From contig RSEE01000030.1 in the NCBI GenBank assembly GCA_003971905.1, positions 62,001 through 126,000 of the forward strand: a stretch of 64,000 bases of DNA, read 5' to 3'. Made by a program: the position numbers and the translations under genes. Positions 51,301 to 62,102 of this stretch are shown here, one piece after another (position 1 is the first letter of the stretch; every line of letters starts with the position of its first letter). Source of the DNA: Moniliella sp. 'wahieum' (Eukaryota). The notes beneath the pieces were generated by a model. That model searched no databases. It was not told the DNA's origin and saw only the letters and a list, made by a program, of their open reading frames with translations.

Positions 51301-52448
51301 TGCTTGATCGATGATCGATGACGCGATGACGTGTGCATGTGAGCGCCTGAGCCTGAGCCGCGTTGAGGTGATGCATGATGCACAGGCCTTCTCGTACTCA
51401 CCAGTTGCTCACCAAGCGTACAGGGCGCTGACAGCGCTGACAGGCGGTGAGGCATGGGTGTCGATGACATGTTGACAAGGCGCTGGCCCTGGGGGGTGCA
51501 CGTCGCAGTCGACGGAAGCGACGAGGGCGCTGCCCGCGTTTTGGGCGGTCTGGCTGGGGTGGCCTGGGGTGGCCGCGTGTGGCTGGCGGCCAGAAGAGAA
51601 CGACGCCGTGCTCAGCCTGAGCTATGTATGCGAGACTCATATCTACCGCCCACAAGGCCAGTCGCCAGGCGCCAGCCCCTAGTCAGTGCCTTTGTGCAAT
51701 TGCTTGCAAGAACGCATCGGTCATGCATGACGCGGTTTTGATTGGATTTGCATTTTCTTTTCTTCTTATCGACTATCGATTATCGCCCTTTCGGCCAAGC
51801 CAGGCCTAGCCGCGCGTGCTGCACAAGCGGACGCCGTGTTCGGCCGCGCGGGGCGCGGAGCCTCAGCACGGACAGTCACCGCCGCTGGAGCGCGCGCGAC
51901 TTGGGTGTTGGCCTACATCGAGTGGAAGAGCCAGGTGCCGGATGGGCCATGCTGTTTCTTGCTTTGCCCGCTTTTCGCTGGGGAGTAGCGAGGAGTAAGA
52001 AGTGGTATAGTGATAAGGCAAAGCACCCCCATACCCGGCCCTCTTGCATTCGCGGGACACCATGAAGCATGGCTCTGCTTCAATCAGAGCCGCTCCTACT
52101 AGGTAGCTCCTCGAATTGAAGCTTTCGAAGAAGCTTGAAGCTCGAGAAATCGTAGGCACTTACTTCAAAGGGCGAATGAAACTTGAAAACATGGGCCACA
52201 GGCCTCGGGCCCATAGTTCATTTTGGGGGAGCACGGCGCCAGTGCTGGGCCAGTGTAGTTCGCAGGAAGCACTTGGCCAGTGTATGCGCCGTGTCAGTTT
52301 CGCCCCGAGCAGAGCGGAGCACGGACGGAGAGATTGGCAAGAAAGCCAGAGGCCACAGAACGACAGAGTGTACTCCCAGGCCGCCTCAACCCCCCCCCCC
52401 CCCCCCCCGAGTGTATAAGAAGGCTGGGCCGACACTTATCTCTTCGCC

Positions 52449-53965
52449 ATGTCAAGCATCCCACCGCCCTTCTTCGCTCGACGATCCGTGCTGTGTCTGT
52501 TCCCCCCCGTGTCCTGCCTGCTGCACGTGCCATGTCTCAACTTTCTGCCGCTGCAACCTTTGGCGATGAGCACCTCACCTCGGCCATCAGCCGCCTGAGC
52601 AAACACGTCTTTGTGTCGGGCAAGGGTTCTTGGGTCACCACTGACCAGGGCAAAGAGCTTCTCGACCTTACCTCGGGCATTGGCGTGACCAACCTTGGCC
52701 ACTGCCACCCCAAGGTGACCGCTGCGGCTGTCAAGCAGGTCCAGTCCATTGTGCATGCCCAAGTGAGCATTGCTTACTCGGAGGCGCAGATCAATGCGAC
52801 CAAGAAGATCCTCGGTGTTCTCCCCCACCCTTCGCTCGACAACATCTTCTTCTGGAACTCGGGATCGGAAGCGGTTGAAGCTGCTGTCAAGCTTGCTCGC
52901 CTGGCGACCAACCGACAGAACATTATTGTTATGCAGGGATCTTACCATGGCCGCACCCAGGGTGCCATGGCGATGACCACCTCCAAGACGGTGTACCGCG
53001 CCGGTACGCTGCCCAACATGGTACGTATTTCACGCTCTGCCGTTCGTGGTTGCCTTGGGCTAACCCCGTCCTTTCTAGCCTGGTGTGTTCACGACGCCCT
53101 ATCCCTACTACTCGCAGCTGGTGTGACGCCCGACACGGATGAGGAGACGATGAGCACCATGTGCCTGCACAGCTTGCGTCTGTTGCTGATGAAGCAGCAA
53201 CCGCACCCAAAGATACTGCCGCCATGTGGTGGAAGGTGTGTTGGGCGAGGGCGGGTACGTTGCGACGCCCACGCCCTTCCTCAAGGGCCTGCGCAAGATC
53301 TGCGACGAGCATGGCATTCTTCTTGTGGTGGACGAGGTCCAGTCGGGCTTTGGACGCACGGGGAAGATGTTTGCGGTGGAGTACTCGGGGGTGCGCCCGG
53401 ATGTGCTGATCAGTGCCAAGGGCTTGGCCAATGGGTTCCCTCTCTCGATGATTGTCGCTTCCAAGGAGCTGATGGACAAGCAGCCTGTCGGCTCGGCCGG
53501 TGGCACGTACGCTGGTAACGCTGTTGCCTGCGCGGCGGCCGAGGCAGTTGTGGATGCGTTCCAGGAGGAGAAGGTGCTGGACAATGTCAATGCGCGCAGC
53601 AAGGAACTGTTTGACTTCCTCTTTGCGCTCAAGAACAGTGGTACCAAGGCTGGCAGTCTGATCCAGGACATTCGTGGCCAAGGTCTTATGGTTGGCCTCC
53701 AGTTCTCTGCTGCCCAAGACGGCGCTGTGGCGCCCAAGGCGGCTCCTGGTCAACTCGTTCCTTTCGAGGTGGAGCCTACAGGCAAGGCGCAACTCGCTCC
53801 TCAGATTAGCAAGGAGTGTCTTGCGCGCGGTGTGCTCTTGCTCTCCACCTCCACCCAGGATACCATCCGTTTCATCCCCCGCTCACCATCTCGAAGGAGG
53901 AGCTGGCTAAGGGCCTCCAAGTCTTCAAGGAGTCTCTCGAGGCTGTTGTGGCCAAGCTTCCATGA
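52449..53965 (+). CDS. PLP-dependent class-III aminotransferase (4-aminobutyrate/acetylornithine aminotransferase-like)
   Basis: LDLTSGIGVTNLGHCHP; NSGSEAVEAAVKLAR; SYHGRT; VDEVQSGFGRTG; SAKGLANGFPLS (PLP Lys); GGTYAGNAVACAA. Intron 53021-53078. Alternative ATG at 52532. Confidence 0.93.
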
Positions 53966-55093
53966 ACACAGTTCCAAGAGTTACCAGCTGCCTCAAAGTT
54001 GATTTTGTACATTCCCACACCACATCAAAACTGTGCCCTCAGTAGATCGTTTGAACCTTGGCTAATACGTAGCGAAGCAAAGAGAGGATCGCTCTAGTGA
54101 GCTCTATCTAGCCTAGCCGACTGATGCGCAGCCGTTACCGAATCATTCGCAGGGAAGCGCAATCCAGCCGACGATGGTACAAACAGAAAATGGGGCGGTC
54201 GAGGTATATCGGTTTAGGCGTAGCGTTTCCCTGTCCCAGCGTTAAGCTCTGTCAATGATATGGACGCAGTATAATAGTAGAGTGCAAAAGTACATAAAAC
54301 CTCACGCGTTAAAAACAAGTACACGCAATTTTACCCCACAAAACGTGAGGCTCCAAAAGTTGCATACAACGAGAGGGCAACCCGACAACGCGTGGGCATG
54401 GCCCGATTGGGACCACGGCCTGTGCTTTCTGGATCTACTTGGCGCAATGGAGTCGGCCCTAGTCCTCACATCATTTGATCTTCAAGCTGGTTTTTAGGCC
54501 AGTCAAGCTTCAAGTGAGGCCGGTCAGGCAATGCATATTACAGTTAGTACTCGTTTATTCTGCTGTTTGGATTTGTGTGTCTTCAAAAACGAAGAGACGC
54601 GAGTAGCTCAGTGTATCCCCCCACGTTTCTTACAGTACGCCTGCTGACACCGGTCAATGGTCACTTTGAGCAAGGATCACTTTATCTGTACGATGAGTAA
54701 CCCTTAGCACCAACGACCGTGATTCATCAACCAACGCCAGATCGCAGTGCAGGTGCCAGCCAGCATCATCCCCGCTTACCCCACAATCCCCCATCCATAC
54801 GGCCTCCCGTACTCCTCACATGTCACAATGGCATGGAAAACTACTTCTCGCGATCAGTGCGCCGAACACTCCCGCATAGACGCGCGTAAAGGAATACATT
54901 ACGGCACAATTGGGTCCGTTCGCGACCCGCCGGAGAGGTTGAGAAAAGGGTTCGTAGCCAATCAAGTCGTAAGGGAGCCAAGTGATGCAATTTAGTTGTT
55001 GGCACACATTGAGGGGAGAGAGCGAGAGATTAGATTCCAGCATCTGTCGCCGACATTTCGGCGGCAGGAGAGAAGGTTGGTAATACAACGCTA

Positions 55094-56874
55094 TTAGACA
55101 CTGTACCTGAACTCAGGGTTGGACCGGTCGGTCAAGTTGAGGAACTCGTGGTTCTTAGTTGGTGGCTCGTATGTGCCATTGGCAATCGCTTCCTCCTTGG
55201 CGAGCGCGTTTGCGGTTCTCCCGGACAAAGAGGTACCACATCAGTGCAAAGTCCAGAGCACAGATGAAATAGATGATGGCAATGGCGATCTTTGCAGGCA
55301 GGTAACGGGGAGCCGTGTTGTGTGCATGATCTGAGGCGAGATGATGTTCTGGGTAGATGTGGGGAAATGCAAAGTAAGATGCGAGATGAAAAGTTAGTCA
55401 ATCGGTCCACAGAAAAAGAACAGAGAAGTCCCGACGTAAGCCGATGGTGTAGGCCACAGTCTGGATGGCTGAAACCGTAATTTTCTTACTCGCTCCTCAA
55501 CATTGGACGAGGTAAGTCCAAGATGGTGACCCATCCCAGAGGAATGGCACCCGTTAGGAAAATCCAATCAATGCTGGCCCTTGCCCGTCGTGGCCATCAG
55601 GACCGCCCCTACAAACCCAGGAATGTGACCGACAATGCACCAGAAAATCCGCTTGTTTGTCCTTGAACCCGAGCCAGCTGAGCCCAATGAGCACCACCAC
55701 TTCTACTGCGCCCAACGGTGTCACCAGAATCAACGACTGGTTCGCCGTGTATCCGAGGCCCATGACAAGCGTGGTGCCAAACGAGGTGGCAAGAGAGTTG
55801 GGAATGTTGGCGGCAAACGTCCAAAACGAATAGGTCCACGTGAACGGATCCCGAAGCGCTTCGCGGCACTGAGCCCAGTCAAAGTGCCGGGATCCAATCC
55901 CTTGCTCGTTGCTGCGCAGGCGCTCAATGTGAATCGCCTTCTCCCGGTCGGTGAGGAACCAAGCATCGGCGGGCGAGTTGGGTAGCAGCATGTAAAACAT
56001 AACCCCAAACAAGGCTGCCATGATGCCAAAGACGATAAAGCAAATCTGCCAACCGCGAAGGGTTGCGTGCGGGTCCGATCCCACATGCGTCGCAATCCCA
56101 TACGCAATCGCGCCCCCCAAGATCTGGGATAGACCACAGGTAGCGAACCAAAGGCCAACACGGAACGCCTGTTCACGGCGAGTGTACCATTGGCTGGTAT
56201 ACACCACCCATGCAGGCACCACTGTAGCTTCCGTGAGGCCAAGGAAGAAACGTGCGGCAAGCAAGCCACCATAGGACTTGACTCCCGCTTGTGCCGCCAC
56301 AATCACGCCCCAAAGGATCACATTGATGGAGACGTACGGCCGAAGCGGAAAGTATTGCATCAGACGGATGGTGGGGAACTCACCCACAGCTTGTCCAACA
56401 AAGAAGAGTGTGGCCACCACATTAAAATGGTCTCCCACTGCCAAACTGGGAATCGACTTTTTGATCCCCAGCGCAGCGGCGTACGAGATGGAGCTCTTAT
56501 CCAAGTACTGGGTAAAGTAGATGACCAGCAACATGGGAAGCACATGCAAATCCACTTTGCGCACAAGCCGGCGCTTTTCTTCGGCCGTCACTTCCCCCAG
56601 CGGACCGACGCGGGCGAGGACTTGGAGAGCGTCATCTGCATGAGAGTTGATAGACTCTTCCGATTCAGTCGCGGCAGGCGCGCCGACGTCGTACTTCAAG
56701 TCATTAGCCTCTTCGCTGTGGTTGTCAACCAAGCTGCGCGGCAAGTCTGGCACCCGGCTGCTGCACCTTCAACGTCAATCTTCTCCTTTTCAGAGGGAGG
56801 CGAAGCGGCCATTCTTTTCTGCGAATGGTGCGGGGGCGGGGGGATATGGTGGTCGCTGGAGAGGTGGCATACAT
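55094..56874 (-). CDS. MFS transporter, allantoate permease (Dal5/ACS) family
   Basis: RLVRKVDLHVLPML..QYLDKSSISYA; ARFFLGLTEA; WYTRREQAFRVGLW; LPNSPADAWFLTDREK; QCREALRDP; NIISPQ; NLTDRSNPEFRY. Confidence 0.93.
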
Positions 56875-57699
56875 GACAGAGGAAAGATATATATGTAGCT
56901 TTTTCTGGACCTGTTCAAACGATGTGCCAATGTGACATGCGCAAATGTTGGATTGACGTGCTCGGCATGCTCTCAATGTGGGGGAGTCTTGGCGGCAGAT
57001 TTTTTTAGCCGCCAATTCGAGCACTACCAAGGGATCTAATCGATCTAATCCAAGATCTCGATCCACACTCTTCCATGCCCCGCAAGCCTGAGACCCTGAG
57101 ACGCCACTGCTTTTTACTGCCTCTCAGATCTCATGCATCACGACCCAGATGATGGCTGGGCAGGTACTGGGGGCTGTGACTCCGTACTCGGTGGCTGAGG
57201 CCCTGAGGGAGAACTCACAGATACTCAGGTTGAGCACACTTGTGAGTACCTTGAGTAGCCAGACGGTGTACCGACGACCAGTGTGGCTCAGGCACAAGCA
57301 TGGGCAAAGTCACCGATGCGGACCAGGCCTGCCCAGGCCCGAGACCGGATCCCGCCACAGCTTGCCTGAGGTGTTCGTGTGTCCACAAGCCATCGGGGGA
57401 AGTTGACTAGTGGCTAGTGACTAGCTGGCTGCCCCTGAATAAGGAGGTAGGGGGGCAGGGCATGAACTAGTGAACCAGTGAACGTTGAACTCAACGTTCA
57501 ACTCAGTGGACGAGCAGGTTACTGGACGTTACGCGTTAGGGCAAAAACTTCCGGCGGCACCGGTAGGCGCACCCGCCCATCGGATCGGGTGTGGTGGTAT
57601 GGCGTAGTGCCGGGTTCTATGTTCGACGTTGATGCTAGCACGCCATACGTCCATGGATGTTGGTCATCTGCATGGTTGTACGGTCGTGTGCCTGGTCGA

Positions 57700-57751
57700 T
57701 GATCGATGATCAATGATCAATGATTAACGATCGATGATCAACGATTGATGA
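57700..57751. repeat. Eight-unit 7-bp-period array (TGA/CGA + TCGA/TCAA/TTAA/TTGA)
   Basis: TGA at 57700, 57707, 57714, 57721, 57735 and 57749; CGA at 57728 and 57742. Confidence 0.9.
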
Positions 57752-58796
57752 TCCGCTTGCCTTGGCGATTTCAAGTTGAAATTCCGACGAGGCAGATATG
57801 CGCTGAAGAAATTTCTTCGGCCAAGTACTAGCTGCTCCACACGTTCCGCTTGCCATTGGCCTTGAGTCTTGAATCTTGAATAGCAAGCTACCGCACTTCC
57901 TTGAGACTTGCGTGTTGGGCGCTGGAGCGTCAAGGGCCATGCACATGCATCGTGCGAGTTGTACAAGCTGGTCTCTCAGATGCCCCCAGCCTCAGCGACT
58001 AGTGAGGCACGCAATGAGATGAAGAGAGAAGGAGAAGTTGGTCTCTGATTGAACTTATTACCCATCCGCATTATCGCAACACTCATCAGTGCTCTCCGTA
58101 CGGTCAGCATGGGCCACTAGTCACTAGTCACTACTGTCATACAGCTCATCTCTGCAGATATCTTCCGCCCGCTTGCTTCTCCTGTCCTACCGTACAAGGT
58201 ATTGGCCGTGCATGCCATCTGAATCGCCCCTATTATAGGCCCGGATGCAAGGAAGCGTGTGCGGCGACCCGCTCCCCTGCTGCTGGCTACGCAACCGCGG
58301 CCAACGTCCCGCCAGCCTGGAAAAACATGACGGATCTTCACGAATGACGAAGCGATGAAGGATGAAGGATGAAGTGGGGCCAAGATGCTAGCCTGCCCGT
58401 CGAAATGCGAAAAGGTGCCCGCCAGGCAATAGCCGCCCTGGTCTACCGACGACGAGCGGGTGCTGGAGTACAATGGACCAAAATACATTCCTCGGTCTCC
58501 AACGTGGATAACCAAGACCGTTGGATCCATCATGCATCATGGAGACGTTGTGATAGACCTGTTGGTGACCGTGACCGCTGAACGTGCAAAGCAAGCACAG
58601 GGGATGCTGGCGCGCCCTCAGCCTCATCCGCCAGCGGATCCGAGGGAGCCCAAGACATCGTTGCCACCTGGCTGGAATAGTGGACCGGACGTACTTTGAA
58701 CCCCTCGGAGCCACGGCGCATTAACCTCAGATGCTTCCATCACGCCATGTGCTGACACGGGCGAGGAGACAGTAGCGGTTTCTAACGCGCACAGAG

Positions 58797-59500
58797 TCAC
58801 GAGGGGGCCAACGGTATTGCGCTAGAGAATCGGAAACAGAGGGATAGGACCACTCCGACTGGTTGCCCGCCGTTGCGACAGCAGGCTGCGCCTGGGTGTG
58901 GGGCAAGACCGCCCGCAGCGCTTGAGGGACATGGGCAGGGGGAGCTGGTGGTACAGGCATGGTAGCCGGGTAGGTGGTCAATGTAGGTACGAGCCAGAGC
59001 CAGGGACGAGGGCCCAGCGTGGCAAGCAAATTGGCAACCGTGCCCACGGAGAAGGGATACTGTGCTTCGGAGCTGTGGAGATGCGGCCCCGGCGGGCCTA
59101 TGGTGGCCGCACAACTGGTTTCGGAGGACTCGATGGATGTTTGGTTGGCCATGGTGAGGAAAAACACAAGTACAGTGAAAAGCCCCCTACGAGCAGCAGG
59201 ACCAAGGAGGAAAGGACCATGTTGGTCAGTAGCACCCCCATCACAAACGACGTGGGAGCCCCGCGGCGAATGCGCTATTACGCGTCGAGAGCGACTTGGG
59301 CCAATAGATGGAGATTAAATGACAGACAGACATCTGTCGCCAAGAGCAACCGAAGAAAGTCGCCGTAATTGCGCGCGCCAATACAATTGCCCAGCCAAGG
59401 GCAGTGATGCAGTGATGGTCCATTCGCACAATGCACACCCCGCAAACACGGCGTGGCCGAGGAACAATATATGGTGCTCAGGTGCTCTGTCTGGCAGCGA
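58797..59500 (-). pseudogene. Degenerate, 5'-truncated DHHC palmitoyltransferase
   Basis: VCGVCIVRMDHHC / HHCPWLGNCIGARNYGDF split by an 8-bp duplication (59401-59416). TTxE-like NQTSIE and PaCCT-like YPFSVGTVANLLATLG are present. No N-terminal TM1-2 before the divergent gene at 59725. Confidence 0.6.
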
Positions 59501-59724
59501 CGGAGATCCAAGCCAGGAGCCACGTCTGTTACGTAACCCTCCTGGGGCTCTCATTAAAACAATCAGCGGGCCAAGCGGCACGTGCTCTGATTAAAGGCGC
59601 TGCTTTATTGGGAGCACCTGGCGTTGCGTGGCGGTGGCGGTGGTCGCGCCAGCAGCCTCGCATCCCTCTTCCCATCGCCCCTTGCACCCCGACATTGGCT
59701 GGCATCGCGACCACGCCGCGCAGG

Positions 59725-61437
59725 ATGCCACCCAGCTACTCTGTCCGTTCCACAGGCTCGTCCTTGGCCGGCACCCACTTGAGCCCCCCGGGCTCCATCG
59801 CCACCACACGCGCCTCGCTCGACTTTCCCCATCGGCCCGACGTGCTGGTGACGCGCGCCGATCTGCGCAGCAGTGTATCCGCGTACGAGCAGCTGCTCGC
59901 TTCGGGAAAAGCATTGACCAATGCCATGCTCGTCCTCAGCCGGGCTGCCGCGGACTTTGCTGCGTCGCTCGAGACGTGCCGCAAAGTCAAGGGCGCTCAT
60001 GCCCAAGCGGAGAACTTGCAAGCCTGTGCTGGCCTCCACTTTCTCACCAGCAACTGGTCCCAAGTTCTTGCCGACTCGTTCTGGAAGGACTTTCAGATCC
60101 CTTTGCTCAGTGCCTTTGACTCCTACCGCACCACCCACAACGAACGGCAGGTGGCCCACGATAAGCTTTTGGCCGACAAGTCGCGCGCGCTCAAGGAAAC
60201 CGAGGCTCGTAACATTCGCAATGGCCTTGGCAGGCGTGGCCCAGGGCGTGATCTCGCCTCCTTCAAGCTGCTCTTGGCAGAGATGCAGCAGCAAGTGGCA
60301 GAAATTGACCTGTACAAGGCCGAGTATTATCATGAAGTGTTAGGTGCAGAGGAGGAAATGTGGGAATACATTCAAAGCAAGGTTTGTCCTCTTTGCTCTT
60401 TGCTCTTTGCTCTCTGCTCTTTTCTCCTAACCTTCTCACCCACCCGATCTACTTTTTTTTCTGCCTTAGATCTCATTGCTCTCGCGCTCGCAGGTGGAAA
60501 TGTGGGAGCGTTTGTCGTCCAAGGCAAACTCTGATCCCGTCCTGGAACACGTATTGGCTTCCATCCCTGACCCTTTCCATTCATATGGGATTCCACCACC
60601 AGAGGACCAGATCTTGAGTATCATCCCGCCTTCCAACCTCCTCTCCGGTTATACTGGGAGCCAAATGCCCCGCACCGCACCCACGTTCACCAGTGGCTCG
60701 ACGAATGGGAGTGCAGCAGCGGCGGCTGCGTTGGCCATTCGGATGGGACGGCACAGAGTCGGGCGGGCGTCCCTGCGCTTTCGTCTACGCCCACCAAGAC
60801 CAAGGCTTCCGAAAACGCAAGCCCCCGGTTGCGAGAGGAGGCCTGTTTGAGCCGTCGGATTCGGAGGATAGTAGGACCAATGGGGACTATGCTATCCTCA
60901 CCGCTCCTGCGGCCAACGACTTGCACCCTCCGGCTCCTGAGCCCCCCGAAGGGAAAAGGCGCGAGTCCAAAGGAAAGAAACGTGCTTCTTGGGAAGACAT
61001 GGACGGGGCGGAACCCCCCCGGATGGCGATCTCCGGCCGCTGAGCAGCATTAGTGAGGAAGCGGCATACAATGGTTCTATGAGTGATACGGACGAAGAAG
61101 GGACTGGGTCCAAGTTCCCTGGTTCCCCTTCGGCCAGTGGGGATACGACCCAAGCACCCGACTCAGCTGATGCTGAATCGGGCAGTACTGTCGCTTCATC
61201 TTTGCTTTGCGAGACGAAGGGAACCAGCCCTGATCCGCCAAAGATTAGTTCTGTTCTCGCTACCGGAGAGAGGATACGTCTGAAGGCCCTGGAGATCGTA
61301 CCCGATACCGTCTCGGACGGCGGCGTGACCGTTCGAGAGGTTGAACGGGGGGATGAGGCAGCCAGTGACGGGACGAGTGTGGATGTTCCACCGACGACTA
61401 TGGCCGCGAGGCAGAGACGAGTGTCGCCCAAGCCTAA
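59725..61437 (+). CDS. IMD/I-BAR domain phospholipid-binding protein, Ivy1-like
   Basis: VLVTRADLRSSVSAYEQLLASGK..LSRAAADFAASLETCRKVKG..LQACAGLHFLTSN..LADSFWKDFQIPLL; EMWERLSSKA..SDP..IPDPF. Intron 60382-60493. Confidence 0.72.
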
Positions 61438-62102
61438 TTGTTCTTCTCTCTCTTATACTTTGTTCTTCGCACCAGATGTTGGCCAGCCTGCCGGCAATGT
61501 CCCGTCTCGTTTCTTTTGTTTCTTTATCATTGGTTTCATTGACCTCCCACATTCCTTTACTATCGCATCGTTTGTGCTTGTCCACTCTTTTTTCGTTGAT
61601 ACCTCATCCTGCTGCTTACCCTTGGACCTGTTGCTGCCCAATTCGACGAGTATGTAGATGCCAAATGAACGAAGGGATGGTTAGATGACGCGCGATGACG
61701 GGAGCCAAATGATCCTGGGGTGTTGGCAACGCCGTTGGTCTCCTTAATTTAGTGAATGAGAGCTGTCAGCAACGCTGGATGACCGAGCATGGTAGTAGAC
61801 CAAACGTTTCTTCGTTGTATGTCTCCGGCACTTGAAGTTTACAAATGCTAGTATGAACCCAAAGCCATCCCGGCCCAAAATCTTGCAACACCTTTCCCCA
61901 CCCAGGCCATGCTTCAGGCCAAGGACGGCATGTCCGTCTCTGTGTACGGCGCGACACTCACTTCTACGCCGGGCCCACCGCGAGTCCATACCCCGTTAAC
62001 GAGCATCCCAAGTATACAATAAGCAACCGAGCCAATGCAGACGCATGACGTCGAACCGGGCGGGCCAACGGGCATACGTATCCCCCCCCAAACTCGGGGA
62101 AG

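Noticed and set aside
54180..54205. ACAGAAAATGGGGC resembling RNase MRP CR-V
   Set aside because: The following bases do not fit and there is no upstream GAAAGTCCCC-type CR-I partner.
54596..54620. TAGCTCAGTG tRNA A-box-like sequence
   Set aside because: No GG in the D loop, no B box (GTTCRA) and no cloverleaf.
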